Origin: the human T2T-CHM13v2.0 reference genome, Homo sapiens
DNA length: 64,000 nt
Strand: one strand, 5' to 3'
NCBI RefSeq assembly: GCF_009914755.1
Contig: NC_060930.1
The position numbers and the translations under genes were made by a program. The notes below the pieces were generated by a model. That model was not told the DNA's origin. It made no database searches and was given only the letters and a program-made list of their open reading frames with translations. Shown here piece after piece: positions 29,871 to 44,850 of the stretch; the first letter of the stretch is position 1, and each line of letters opens with the position of its first letter.

Positions 29871-30319
29871 AGCACAAGCTTTTCAAAAAGACGTCCTCAA
29901 AATGAGTAAATTATTATTATCCTTTTATCTGAAACAAGTCAACATAGTTTCAGATTGGATTTTCTAAATATGGATACCTAATAGAGTATATGGCCTTTCA
30001 CCATCTACTGTACTTACAGGTGAAAAGTGATTTAAAATAGGTTTATATTTACCCTAATTAAAGTATTGTACCTTTAAAAGGAAAAATCCAACTCCTTACT
30101 GAGAGGTGTTATTCATAATCCAGCAATGAAGTCTCAGACACAACTTTGTCAGAAAAATGGTATTTTTCAGTGTCTTTCCTGAACTGTGAAAATCTATGCC
30201 AGATCTAAACATTTTAGAACCTCCCCAAACTCTAATTCAAATGAGAAATATGAGTAAAGGTGCTCCTGCAATAATGAAAAATAGTCCCAAAGGGTTCACT
30301 TCCAGTCTCATTTAATGGC

Positions 30320-30356
30320 ATATATATATGTGTGTACATATATGTATGAATATATA

Positions 30357-30413
<57 letters not shown>
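30320..30413. repeat. (TA)n/(TG)n microsatellite
   Basis: Seen directly. Confidence 0.95.
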
Positions 30414-30414
<1 letters not shown>

Positions 30415-32183
30415 CATATTCACCCCAAGCTAGAACCTTAGAGTCTACTTTTATTCCTTTCTCTCTATATTTATTAAATCCCCAAGTTGTACATTTTTAC
30501 CTCCAAAATAGTTGAGTTTCTATTACTTTAGGTCAGGCCCTCACATCATACTCTTCTATACAAATGAATAGTTTTAGCAGACTAAATGAAAGGCTGAAAG
30601 ATAAATAATGGCTTAAATACTCAATAAATTTACCATCAAGTGCCATGTTATCATCATATATATCAAATTAAAACCAAAGACTATAATTTTGTAATCAAGG
30701 GATATCTAGAAAGGGGGTAGCAATTTAAATTGGTGTGTGGGGAGGAAGTAAGCGATGGAGACCTTTGCAATTTATTCTGTATCTCCCCACACTGTTTGAC
30801 TCTTATACCAGAAGATACTTATTACTTGTATTCTCTTACATTGTCTTATGGAAAAAGTTATGTTGATAAAGTTGTAAGAAAATTCAGATTAAAACGAGCC
30901 AGGTAGACTATTCAAAAAATAAAATTCCAGTGGGTCTTTGCACAGAATGTGTTAACTTGGACATGAAAAGGGAAAAACATTACAAATGAAGGAATATAAA
31001 CAGAAGTATTGTAGTGGATAGTTATCATATTCAAGACTGCCTATCAGCTTCTGAAGAAACTTCCTGCATTTAGGAAAATTCTCACATTACTGACTCCAAC
31101 CCTCCCAAAATATATTTCAGACCTCAAAATCCCAGTACACCCTGAAACTATGATGCAGACATTCAGAGGCAGCAGCACAAGATTGCAGTTTTGGAAGTAA
31201 GTCACATGATAAAATGGACTCGGTGTGGAGCTACCATTTTTGGGTGATACAGGCAACAGCAGAGGCATCACCTTTCCACAACAGCAGTGACAGACGTGGC
31301 CCCGTAGTGGCTGCAGAATCAAAATTCCTATCCCAGAACTGGCAGCAGCTAGACAGCTTAGTGGTGGAAGACTGACAGTTCTCATATATGATTTGAGGCA
31401 TATTACTTGGAAGCTTATCCTTAAGCCTGGCTCTCCAGCCTTCCTAAAAATTCTGTGAAGCACCAAATATATTTAAGTAAATTTCCTATGTGCTCAACCA
31501 GCCAGTAAACAACTTCTGCTGACTGAAAACACTGAATCGTCCAATCATGAAGCCAAAAGAATGTGGCTGTATAACAAGAAAAATAAATCCATGTATCTAC
31601 AGTATGGAGTTAAAGTGCCAAGAAAAGTTGTCAAGGTAACTCTTGATAGGTAAAGGTGAAGCAGAATTATACACATCTTCAAACGCTCTGCTAAGTAAAG
31701 AGCCTGGCCTTCATTCAGCATGAAATGTGGTATCACTGAGCTTCCAAACAAAGGAGTGAATGATATGATCAAAAAAATTGTACTTAAGATGACTGATTAT
31801 TCTGACAGCAGAGTTGCCAATGGATTAAAGCAAAACAACTGGCAAACACAGTGATCAACAGACTATTCTGGTAATCAGGAGAACAAGAAAATAAAGGGGA
31901 ATATGCTACTGAGGGTTGGTTCTAAATAGAAACAGGACAGACGTCCCCAAAAGTTTATGGAATATTTGTATTCACATATTATAGCATTATATATATTTTA
32001 CATATATTTGTATTAATATTACTAAAGGAGTAGTTATACTAAAATCATCATAGCCTCTAAAAGATATCTTTAAATTAAAAAAAATAAAAAATTAGTCTTG
32101 TATCAAGTTGCAGGTAAAAATACAGACCAAAGGTTAAGTATAACAGTTTTAATTTCAAAACTATTATATAGAGTAAAATATAG

Positions 32184-32491
32184 GGCTGGGGGCAGTGGCT
32201 CACACCTGTAATTCCAGCAATTTGGGAGGCCAAGGCAGGCGGATTACTTGAGGTCAGGAGTTCAAGACCACCTTCACCAACAATAATGAAACTCCATCTC
32301 TACTAAAAATACAAAACTTAGCCAGGTGTGGTGGCAGGCGCCTGTAATCCCAGCTACACAAGAGGCTGTGGCAGGAGAATGGCTTGAACCTGTGAGGCGG
32401 AGGCTGCAGTAAGCAGAGATTGTGCCACTGTACTCCAGCCTGGGTGACAAGGCTAGACTCTGTCTCAAAAAAAAAAAAAAAAAAAAAAAAA
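32184..32491 (+). mobile_element. Alu (AluS)
   Basis: Dimer with long A tail, TSD gagtaaaatata. Confidence 0.92.
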
Positions 32492-32514
32492 GGAGTAAAA
32501 TATACAGCCTTTTC

Positions 32515-32632
32515 ATGGCACATGTATACATATGTAACAAACCTGCACGTTGTGCATATGTACCCTAGAACTTAAAGTATAATAAAAATATATATTCAAA
32601 AAAATAAATAAATAAAAATAAAAAAATAAAAA
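32515..32632 (+). mobile_element. Very short L1PA 3' end
   Basis: atggcacatgtatacatatgtaacaaacctgcacgttgtgc..tgtaccctagaacttaaagtataataa plus A tail. TSD atacagccttttt. Confidence 0.9.
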
Positions 32633-34941
32633 ACATACAGCCTTTTTAGATTCAAATTCTGGCTCTATCACTCAGTAGTTATGCATGCTCAAACATGTTA
32701 TTTAATAGTTAGTTACCTCCTCCATACAATGGAGATGACAACAGTGAGAATTAAATCAAAACACATAAAATACACAGAAGAATTCCTGGCAGAAAGCAAA
32801 ATGTTAGTTATTATGATGTCATTAAAAAGCTACAAGTAAATATTAATTTCAATGTAACAGACAAAGGCTAAATACCCATACATATAAAGAGCTTCAACAA
32901 ATCAACAAAAAAAAAACCTAGCAACTCAATTTTAAAATAGGCCAAAAAAATTCAATAAGTAAATAAACAAGAAACACAACTAGAGAATATATATTTTTTA
33001 AAAATCCTCAAACGCACTAATAGTAAAGATACATTCTCTATCATATTCAGAAAACTATTAAAGGCTGCAAATATACTACAGTAATGGGAACACAAACTGT
33101 TATAGTCTTTGAAAGAAGGGAGGCAATTTGTACATATCACTGTTTAAAATATGAATACACATATGTGAACATACATATCTAGATATGTAGATGCGTGCAT
33201 ATCTATATATAAATACATATACATTCATTAGCAGAGAAAAGATCCGAAAGAATACACACAAAACTTAATAAACAAAGGTAACCTCTACATAGTGGAAAGG
33301 GGGCAAAAGGAGAAAAATACTTCCACATTTTACTTTATACAATGTCTTATTTTAATTGCTTCCAAGGAATATAACTTGACCATATGGTCAAACTTCTGCA
33401 AAGGTATTTTGTTGTTCTGTGACCTCAAAAGAGTTTAAAATACTTCTAAAGTATGAATAATAAATAGGTAATTGTCTCACTTTCCATATCACAGCGGAAT
33501 CCTCTAAGACCCAGTTTGGCTGCTTCTTGTATCCAGTAATGTGCTACTTTCCAATCTGCCTTTACTAACTCAGTACTTTCCAAATGCAAAGAAAAATCAG
33601 CAATGAGTGAAAAATCAATTTCACATCAGACTAGTGTTTATTCCCTAAATCTGAAAGCAGCTGATATATGCTGTCCATAGACTATGATACTGAATATAGA
33701 ATTTATTCCTAAAATTCCCTTATTACAAATTCTCAAATCTTGGCATAAAAAAAGTTGCCTGAGAGCTGGTGCCCTACTCCAAGAGATTATGATCCAGTAA
33801 GAGTAGAGAAGGGCCTAGGAAATACCACTTCTAAATAAGTGATTTTGCTGCTTCATTTACTATAACATCATTCCATATGGGTCTGATTCCAGTTCTGAAG
33901 GCTTTAAGCTTAAATATCCCAAGTTCAACCATAACCAGTATCTGAGTTCTAGTGTAAAATCTGATTAACTGTGACATTCAGAATTCATTACTGTCAAAAC
34001 TAAGGATCAAAGCTTAGTCTACTGACATACATATGCACACACACACACATGCACACACAACATATGAATAAATGAAAAACGAATTATTTGAAAGAATTAA
34101 ATATTTAGTATTTATAAGAGAATTAAATATAAGAATTAAAATTTTTAAATTAAATATTTAAGAATATATGAACAAAGAATATTTTCCCCCAGTATGAATA
34201 TCTAGGTGGGAAAAGGGTCATTATTATACCTTAGAAATGAGTCTAGAAAATGTTAACTTTAACAATTTCAACACTTAAAAATGTTATTTTACCCTGAGGA
34301 AACACAGTTAATTAGAGGTAGATATAATGCAATTCCTAATGTGCTTGATTAGGCTACCTAATTGTAGCCACAAATCCCAAATGCAAGTTATTACTATCTA
34401 TCCCACATCTAAGTCACAACAGTGATATCTGAAACCAACAGAGGGTAGTCCTTTTAAAAACAAGAATGTGGCTTATAGCATTGACAGTAGGCATAGATGA
34501 GCTAATGGTTTCAGACAGATTTAAGTTTTAAAGGCCAGAATATAAGAAAGGGACGCTGATATAGTCTGATAATGCAAGTGAGTTGTATTTAAGACAGCAT
34601 ATTTCTCAATTCCAAACAAAATCCCAATCTTCTGTTTCGCTATCATGTTATTCTCATCTGGTATTAAATGAAAACATTGATTCTATCTTCTCTTATATAC
34701 AGGGATGGTATCTCTCTCTCTCTCTCTGTCTGCTCTATCCTTCTGATAGTAATAAGGAATTAAATGCAAAAAAAGACCACTCCCACCCTCCAGATCTACA
34801 TTAAAGAATAAATCATGAGTCTTCACAGTTTAAAAAATAATCAGTAAACTATATAACCCTGTATCAAAACACTGATTTAAAATAACATTTTCATACTTAT
34901 CAGTCAACATAAAATATTATAACAAATATTTTATTTTTTAA

Positions 34942-35279
<338 letters not shown>

Positions 35280-35418
35280 AGGTAATAATTTTTATACAAC
35301 ACAATGAGTTTTTTTTCCCTTCCTGCTAACGCCATGATCATATCATGTTACATAGGAAAAAAAAAACATGTTATGCCACATGTAACCCATTCTTTAAAAA
35401 AAAAAAAAAAAAAAAAGG

Positions 35419-35766
<348 letters not shown>

Positions 35767-35901
35767 CTAAACCACACACTGCTAGGAGTGGGGCTATATA
35801 AAGTAATTCATCTAAAGAGACTCCTAGGAATGTATCATGTACAAGGCATTATGCTAGGTAGAAAAGACAATACAAACATATTAATCTCAATAAAAATATG
35901 A

Positions 35902-36257
<356 letters not shown>

Positions 36258-38284
36258 CTAAAGCTCATGAAGAAACTGCAAAACATCAGACAATGAGAAG
36301 TGGTGAGCCATGGAGAAAGGGCAAACTATTAATAAAACAACTATCAATGATAGCCAACTTCTCAACAGCAATAATGGAATCCAGAACACAATGGACTAAT
36401 ATCTTCAAAGGGTTGGGTAAATAACTGACATCCAAAAATTGTTTTTGCAGGGAAACTAAACTGTCTTTCCAGATAGAAAAATATATTTTCAGCTAAGCAA
36501 AAACAGAATTTGGAGACTCACTGAAAGAACTGCTAAAGTTCCTTGAGTTTATTTCAGAATAATGAATAATGAATTCTGAGTTGAAAAAAGGAAGAGCAAA
36601 GAGACAAATGGTAAACTTGTGATTAAATCTAAAAAACAGTAACAATGCATACAACAATAAAAACAATATCTAACATGTGGTTAAAAGTAAAAATATATAT
36701 ACTTAGCAACCATGACATATAACTCACAACAGGGGTGACTGGTATTCCAACATTTTATAGTCCTCATATTTACCAGTAGAGAATAAAGATTCTGATTACC
36801 ATTATAGATAGATGGGTATATATTATACCATTATAGATGGGTATATATTATAATTTCTATATTAAAAACCAGAAGATACGTAGAGATGGTGTGACTGGAT
36901 AGCCACAGGCAAAAGAATAAAGTTAGACCCCTATTTCATAGCACCCATGAATATTAATTCAAATGAATCAATAGGCCTAAATGTAACAGCTAAAACTATA
37001 AAACTCTTAGAAGAAACTAAATAAAATTCATAAAAGAAATCTTCATGACCTTGTACACTGTCTCTTAGCAACCATTAATAACAAACTAAGAAATTTATTC
37101 TTATATGCTTACATAAAGCAAGATGAAAAGCTGGTGTTAAGGACAATAAGTTCTTCTTCAAAGCTCCCTTGGTCTCTTGCTTTGTACACAGCCCTTCCTG
37201 CTCAATCTGTAATGAGCATGTGTTCCTCAGCGTAATCTGTAACTAGCAAACCTCTTACTCTGTAAACAACTCTTTGTCAGCCCAGACATGTCCAGACATG
37301 CCTTGAACTTGTTCTGTAGGCAACTCTTCCCACCTTAGCAACAATCTCCTCCTCCCCTCCTCTCTTAGCAAATTGCATGTTCACCATAGTTAGAAAAGTT
37401 TAAGTCTTAGCCAGTCAGGTTAGTTTAGATGGTTTGGTCAGACCCCAGCCAATGGGGAAATAACACAGAAACAGGAACTGCATTAGGGATAAAAACCCTT
37501 CTCTCCTTTGTTCAATGTGCTCTTGCGATCGTTACTGACGCAGGCACCACCCTTCTGCAGAAGTAAATTGCCTTGCTGAGAAAACGTTTTGCCTGAGTGC
37601 TGGTTCTTCTTTGTAGCACTGAGCAAAGAATTACCCATCTGGGATATCATTCTCCTCCGGGAAAGGGTCTCCAATCACCTCTCATAAGGAGACATGTCCT
37701 GCTGCCTCACTGCGGTGGCCTCAGGGGTAAGGAATCAGAACCCACCCAGTGTGAAGAATAAACCTGGACTCTCGGCAACACAGGAAGAAAAAGCCTACAG
37801 TACAGATACCACGGCGACAAGGTAACTCTGTGCACAGACCAAAGTAGGAAAAGCCAGGGGGCAGCAGGAGTACTTCCTTGGTGGTGGGGACATCCTGGAG
37901 GTTGAAAGTGTGTGAATGAGACATACAATTAAGTGCGAAGCGAGTGTGGAGTCCAGATCCATGGTTCCATGGTCACCTGATATGCCTTAGGGTAGCTTTC
38001 CTGTCGAGGGTTTATACCAACCTAAATTCCTGCGAGGGAAGTGACCAGAGAAGGAAGAAGTGAAAGCAAAGGAGTGCAAGAAACCTCCAGTTGGTTGGGG
38101 GGCGGGGGCAGTGGTGAGCCTCTAGGGAAAAGGTGCAAGAAATCTCTAGTAAACAGAGGTTGAGCCCCATACACACACAAGAAACTCGAGTTGAGCCGTA
38201 GAGAAAGGGTGCAAGAAATTTCTATTAGGAGAGGTTGAGCTCCACTGACTCAGGAAAACTCAGGAAGCACCTAAAACTTCCAGG

Positions 38285-39600
38285 ATGGGAAATACCCCAG
38301 ACAAGGCAGGGAATCAAAAGGAAAAGACAGACAATATAATTCCCTCTGATAGCTCTCTAGGTCTCATGTTAAAATATTGGAGAGAAAATGAAAGCACCAA
38401 ACATAAAAAGAAGCAACAAATAATAAAATATTGTTGCTTTATTTAAACCAAAGAACCTACTCTCAAACATTCAGTTTTCTGGCCAAGGTTTGAATCCAGT
38501 TAGGACTGGATTTGTCAACTTTTAATAGAATATGTCAATGACAAAAGTCCTGTTTCCCAGGAGGAAATAAACTATGCCCTGTGTTGGCGGCAAGTGCCTG
38601 TCATCCTATATCCCCTAAAAACTACAGGAGACAAGCCAGAAACTACTTACCCTTTAGATCACCTTCCCCCGCCAAACACCTCTAACTTCCCTCCCCACTT
38701 CAAGCAAATGCAGAAAAAATTAGGAGCTGAAGAAAACACAGAAGGAAAGTGTGTATTACCAGATGGAAGGGAAATGTTGTCTAAACCTCTTGAGAGAAAT
38801 ACTGTCTCAGCTTCATCAAGGAACTCATTGGGGTCCTCAAGCTATATGTGATGCAGTCCTTAGAGTCTATGGGTACATAGGAATACAAACCCTCGCTAAG
38901 CAAGTAGTGGATAGTTGCATAGTGTGCAGAAAAACTAATGAGTAAACCCTAAAAAAAAAACCTCCCGGGGGAAGAAATCCAGGGTTAAGGCCATGCCAAA
39001 GCATCCAAGTTGACTATACTGAAATGCCCCCAACAGGCCGCCTCAAGTATTTACTAGTAATAGTAGACCACCTTACCCACTGGGTAGAAGCTCTCCCCTT
39101 CCCAAGGACAACAGCCAGTAATGTAGTCAAAGCCCTGTTAGAACATATCATACCCAGGCACTAGAAATAAAATGGGAATATTATACTCCCTGGCATCTGT
39201 CCTCATCAGGGAAAGTAGAAAAAAAAATGAACCAAAATCTAAAAAATCACCTAACCAAATTAATTCTGGAAACCTGGTTACCATGGACAAGATGCCTTCC
39301 TATTGCCTTACCAAGAATCCAAACTGCCCCCCTCAAAAAGACCTTAGCCTGTCTGTCTCTTTCCTCCCTCAGGACTCAAGGCCTCCTAGCGAGATTACAT
39401 CCTTGTCAAAGGTTGGAAAGAGGGAAAGCTCAAACCCACCTGGGAAGGACCTTACCTGGTACTCCTAACAACTGAAATAGCACTCCGGAAAGCCGAAAAA
39501 GGGTGAACCCACCACACAAGTGAAGAAGGCCCCACCTCTGGCAAAGTCATGGACCATCACTCCAGGACCAACAGCCTCAAAACTAACATTCAAACGGGTT
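38285..39600 (+). pseudogene. Decayed gag matrix fragment joined directly to integrase
   Basis: MGNTP..IPSDSSLGLMLKYWRENE (MA, with stops), then LHQGTHWG...CIVC (HHCC zinc finger), IQVDYTEM...VIVDHLTHWVEA and PTWEGPY-type motifs. No capsid, protease or RT seen. Confidence 0.8.
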
Positions 39601-40111
39601 TGTCTTTTTCTTCTCCCCTTAGCTACTCAAGGATATCTTACTGTTAATGTAACTATGCTTGTCTAGTCTTACCTTGTGGAGATCTCCAAAGTCAAAGACA
39701 GTTAGCTTGTACAGAAAAGTACTTCTGCCCCTCTGTGGAAAGAGTTAATACTCCTGTGTCTTGCATATGGGGGGAATCCTCAGAGGAAGAGTTAGGCAAT
39801 TGGGGGTTATGGTCTCAGTGGGCAGTTTTAGGGCACTGCCCTAAAACCATACCTACACTTCACCAAAGGGGCCACCCCTTCTGACTGTCAATCTAATCAT
39901 TGCAATCCAGTACTTATCCATTGTAAAAATTAAAGATCTAAAGCAAACCATAGCCATTGAAACACGGTACCAAGATGCAAATGCCTGGCTGGAATAGATT
40001 AAATATTCCATCTGCACGCTAAACAAAAGCGATTGTTACGCTTGTGCGACAGGTAGGCCAGAAACCCAAACTGTCCCCTTTCCACTTGATTGATCCTCTG
40101 ATCAACCGGGC

Positions 40112-40909
40112 ATGAACTGTATGGTAGCCCTCTTCCAAAATCCCACAGCCTGGGGCAGTAAGGCATGTCAAACCCTCTTGCTGCTATTCCTAGAAGTGAA
40201 AAGCCCTGCAGGTCGGCCCCTGAGGGCTATCCAACCCCGTACTACAAATATCAATTTCACCTCGTGTCTCTCACGGCAAGGGGAAAATTTGGCATTCCTT
40301 GGGAGTCTAATGGGATGCAGTGAATCTAAGCCTTTTCAACAGCTAACCAATCAGTCTGCCCTTGTTCATCCCCAAGCAGATGTATGGTGGTATTGCAGTG
40401 GACCACTATTGGATACTCTGCCAAGTAACTGGAGCGGCACTTGCGCTCTAATCCAATTGGCAATCCCTTTCACTCTGGCATTTCATCAACTAAGCAAAAA
40501 GGACAATCGTGAAAAAAGAAGTACCCCCCACGGGTCCTTTGACCCTCACATTTATATAGATGCCATCAGAGTTCCACAAGGGGTGCCAAATGAATTTAAA
40601 GCCCAAAATCAAATCGCTGCAGGATTTGAATCTATATTGTTCTCGTGGGTAACTATAAAGAAAAATGTAAACTGGATAAATTACATTTACCATAATCAAC
40701 AGCAGTTTGTCAGTTATACTAGGAATGCCATTAAAGGAACAGCTGAACAATTAAGTTCTACCAGCCAGATGGCCTGGGAAAACAGAATAGCCCTGAACAA
40801 AATATTAGCTGAAAAAGGTGGGGTCTGTGTCATAATTGGGGCCCAATGCTTACAGAGCCTTAACACCCTAGCAAATGAATTAGCCAAAAATTCTAAAATA
40901 GAATTCTAG
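40112..40909 (+). pseudogene. env remnant ORF (SU C-terminus and TM ectodomain, 265 codons)
   Basis: WWYCSG..LPSNWSGTC, furin-like REKR, immunosuppressive-domain-like WENRIALNKILAEKGGVC. Stops before the TM anchor. Confidence 0.85.
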
Positions 40910-41571
40910 AATTCTTCTCTAGTCTCACGGAAAAATGGTTTAGAAAATGGAAGGGACTCATAACCTTTACTCCCCTTGCAATTATTATAGGTGTACTCAT
41001 TCTTGTAGGTTGCTGCATCATACCTTGTATTCGTGGATTAGTGCAAAGGCTTATAGAAAAAGCCTTCACCAAAACCCCTCATGATTCTCCCCTGCCCTAC
41101 TCACATAAGTTCGTACTCCTAAATGACCAAGAGGAACAACAAATCTAAAATATGTTAAAGAAATTTGAAGGGGAAGAACTATAAAATCAAGAGAGGGAAA
41201 CTGTTAAGGACAGTAAGTTCCTCTTCAAAGTTCCCTTGGTCTCTTGCTCTGTACACAGCCCTTCCTGCTTGATCTGTAACGAGCACTTGTTCCTCAGCTT
41301 AATCTGTAACTAGCAAACCTCTTACTCTGTAAACATCTCTGTCACACCCAGACATGTCCAAACACCCCTTAAACTTATTCTGTAGGCAACTCTTCCCACC
41401 TTAGCAACAGACAGTCTCTCCCTCCCCTCCTCTCTTAGCAAACTGCGTGTTCACCATATTTAGAAAGGTTTAAGTCTTAGCCAATTGGGTTAATTTAGAT
41501 TGTTTGGTCCAACCCTAGCCAATGGGGAAAGGACACAGAAACAGGAACTGTGTTAGGAATAAAAACCCTTT

Positions 41572-41972
<401 letters not shown>

Positions 41973-42015
41973 CTAGTTCTTCTTTGCGGCACCGAGCACT
42001 TGTTTCTAACACTGG

Positions 42016-42316
42016 TTTTTTGTTTGAGTTTTTTTGAGACAAAGTCTCACTCTGTCACCCAGGCTGGTGTGCAATGGTGTGATCTTGGCTCACTGTAGCC
42101 CCAACCTCCCAAGCTCTAGAAATACTCCCATCTCAGCCCCCCAAGTAGCTGGGACTACAGGCATGTGCCACAACACCCAGCTAATATTTGTATTTATTGT
42201 AGAGACATTGTTTCACCATGATACCAAGGCTGGTCTTGAACTCTTAGGCTCAAGCAATCTGCCTGCCTTGGCTTCCCATAGTGTTGGGATTACAGGTGTG
42301 AGCCACCACGCCTGGC
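42016..42316 (-). mobile_element. AluJ
   Basis: Diverged reverse-complement dimer. TSD tgaaaagctg at 42317-42326 and at 37124-37133 on the far side of the provirus. Confidence 0.88.
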
Positions 42317-43454
42317 TGAAAAGCTGTTTTTAAAAATCAAAAAACAAAAAAACAGGCATTCTGATCTCTAGCCAGATTACTGCCAATTTAAAGGACAATT
42401 TGATGTATGGTTCAAAGAGGTCAACAATTCAAAATAAAATATTTTCCAATTTGGTCAAGGGGTGGGGACGGGCGGGAAGCTGGTCAGAAAAAAAAAAAAA
42501 CAGTGCCTTTTTACATTTACCAAAAAAAATTAGAATTTTTTTCTTGCCTGCCTTTTAAAATTTCATTCAACTCTACTATTTTCTGGACATCTCACACTAG
42601 TTTCAACTTAAGATTAAGTCTCATCAGGCAGTTGACCTGTAGAGAGCTGTAAGTGTTACTTCTCTCCTACAAAAATTTTTACAAATCAAACTATCATGGG
42701 ATGTAAGTTTTGAAAACACAAAGTTTCTTAGAAATAAAACTATTACTTTATGATAGGACAGATAATAAATGATAATCTGGTCCTTAATCTACCTGCACTG
42801 TTTGGAGAGATATGGAGTCAATAATCTCCCTATGTTATAGGAGTTATTAAGAAATTATTTTAGGCAGATAGAGAAGACAAGGGGTCCTTGGCAAGTTTAT
42901 TTTCTTTTAAGGCAGCTCCAGATACATTTCTTGCATAGCAGAAAAATGGCCTGAAGGGCGGGCCAGCAAGCTTTGATATGCAAATGCCAGCCATTAGAAA
43001 CTGGGTCCACTCAATATGGCAATTCCCACCTTCTTCTTGTCACTACAAGTGCCTAGCATCATGGCCACCCCCACATATCCCCACGTGTGTAGAACATCAT
43101 GGTGCCCTGCATTTGCATATTAAAAGGCTAGGGTGGGAGGACCAGATTTTTGTGGGCTACATGAATGACATACCTGGTCAACCCAATCCCCTGGACTCTA
43201 TGCAAATCAGACACCAGCTCCTCCAGCCTCCTAATATAAATGGCTGTTTTCTGCTGCACTCAGGGTTCCCTCTCTCAGCTTGGAGCCCCCTCCCTCTGTC
43301 TCTGTATGGGGGAGCCCCTTCCTTCTTTCTTGCCGATTTATTAAACTCTCTCCGCTCCTTAAAACCACTCCACGTATATCCATGTCGTCGTATTTAAACT
43401 GGCGTGAGAAAAGGACCCTGGTATTCCCCTCCAGTCATCAGAGTCGTATCATTT

Positions 43455-43472
43455 TGGTGCACTGGCCAGGAA
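43455..43472 (+). other. Primer binding site complementary to tRNA-Gly
   Basis: TGGTGCACTGGCCAGGAA vs TGGTGCATTGGCCGGGAA (complement of the tRNA-Gly 3' end): 16/18 match, 3 nt after the LTR end. Confidence 0.8.
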
Positions 43473-44850
43473 TCCGAGGTACAACATTCACTGAAGTGGT
43501 GATTATACAAGCGAGCTTAAAATCTGTTCTATCATTCTGAGGTGCTCTTGGCCTCTATTTTAAAATCAAATCAAATCAATCAAAAGGCATCTATCTGTCT
43601 GCTGGTTAGCTACACTTATCGTTGGCTGCTGTTCTAAAGACTCAGATGTGAGGCTTGCTGGTGAGAACATGGAGAACCCCCCAATACCCACAGGTGATTG
43701 GGAATGTTGGCCGTATTTCGAATCAGCTTCCTTTCATGGGGAGACCTCGCCATTGCGCAAGGCTGGGAAAAGTTCTGAGGCAACTGAGCATCTCTGGGCA
43801 GGGCACACCCTGGTGTGACTCAAAGGCCTCTGGACCAGACCCAGCCTCCAACAGCCCATTTCAGGTGCTGGCAGAGAATCCTCAGCTATCCGGTCATGAA
43901 ACTTTCCTTCCTTTTCTATCTGTGGTCTCTTACTCTGTGTGTATGTGTCAACTGTGTGGGAATTTAGTAACCGGGAGTTTAACTCAAGAATGCCATTGCA
44001 ATCTCCTGAACAGAGGGTTCCTCCGGGACAGTGAGCCTCTCTCTCTCAGCCCCTTGGTCTGGAGAGCACACGGCATTTCCAGGTCTCTCTACCGCTTGTC
44101 TGAGGAGCACACAGTATTTCTAAGCCAACAGTGCCACCTAGAGGAAACAGAAATCCTCTACATGAGGCACTTTTTTTAATGCTAACACTGCAGCTTCCTT
44201 TTGCACTGCTAGAAATCAGGCTCTAAGCCTCTTCCAGGAATGGGAAAATTCTGCTTTCAACAGTTAGAAATTAAATGTCTTCCATAGCCAAATTTTAGTC
44301 TCAATATTGTCCCATCAGCAGGAAAACAGCCATTTGGTTCCTACATTTCTTTAAGTCACCTATTCTGTCTCCAACAGAGACAGTACTTAATTAGTAAGGG
44401 GATTTTAAGTCTGGAAGTTAACTGAAACCATTTTTCTAAGGGTAAATGCTTTAGCATGGGCCATAATAGCAGGATATAGAGTTCAATCTAGCATAACCCC
44501 TCCATTAAAGGGGCCTTCCCCAATTACACAGTTTTCCCTGAGATCCATTTTTTTTTAGGGAGGTACACAGGTCACACAAGTCTAGGAGGTCAAAGGGAAA
44601 TAACAAGCAGAGGACTGGGACTACTTGGGTAAGTGTGACTAGGCCTCAAAAGTCTAGTTTCTCTGGTGCCATGGCTTGGAGGGTCACACCTACAGCCACA
44701 GGCGGCACATTTAACTGGGTGCCGGGACCCAGGAACCAGGGAGGGAGAATAGTTAGAGGAATGCCCCCTACTGTTTTCTTCTCCACCCTGAGTCATACAC
44801 CAAAAGGAAGGAGACTAAAAGGACACTTTTATTCTCACTTCTCTTTCTAG

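Noticed and set aside
43655-44179. 174-aa ORF in the proviral leader
   Set aside because: Non-ATG start, no retroviral motifs, most likely chance
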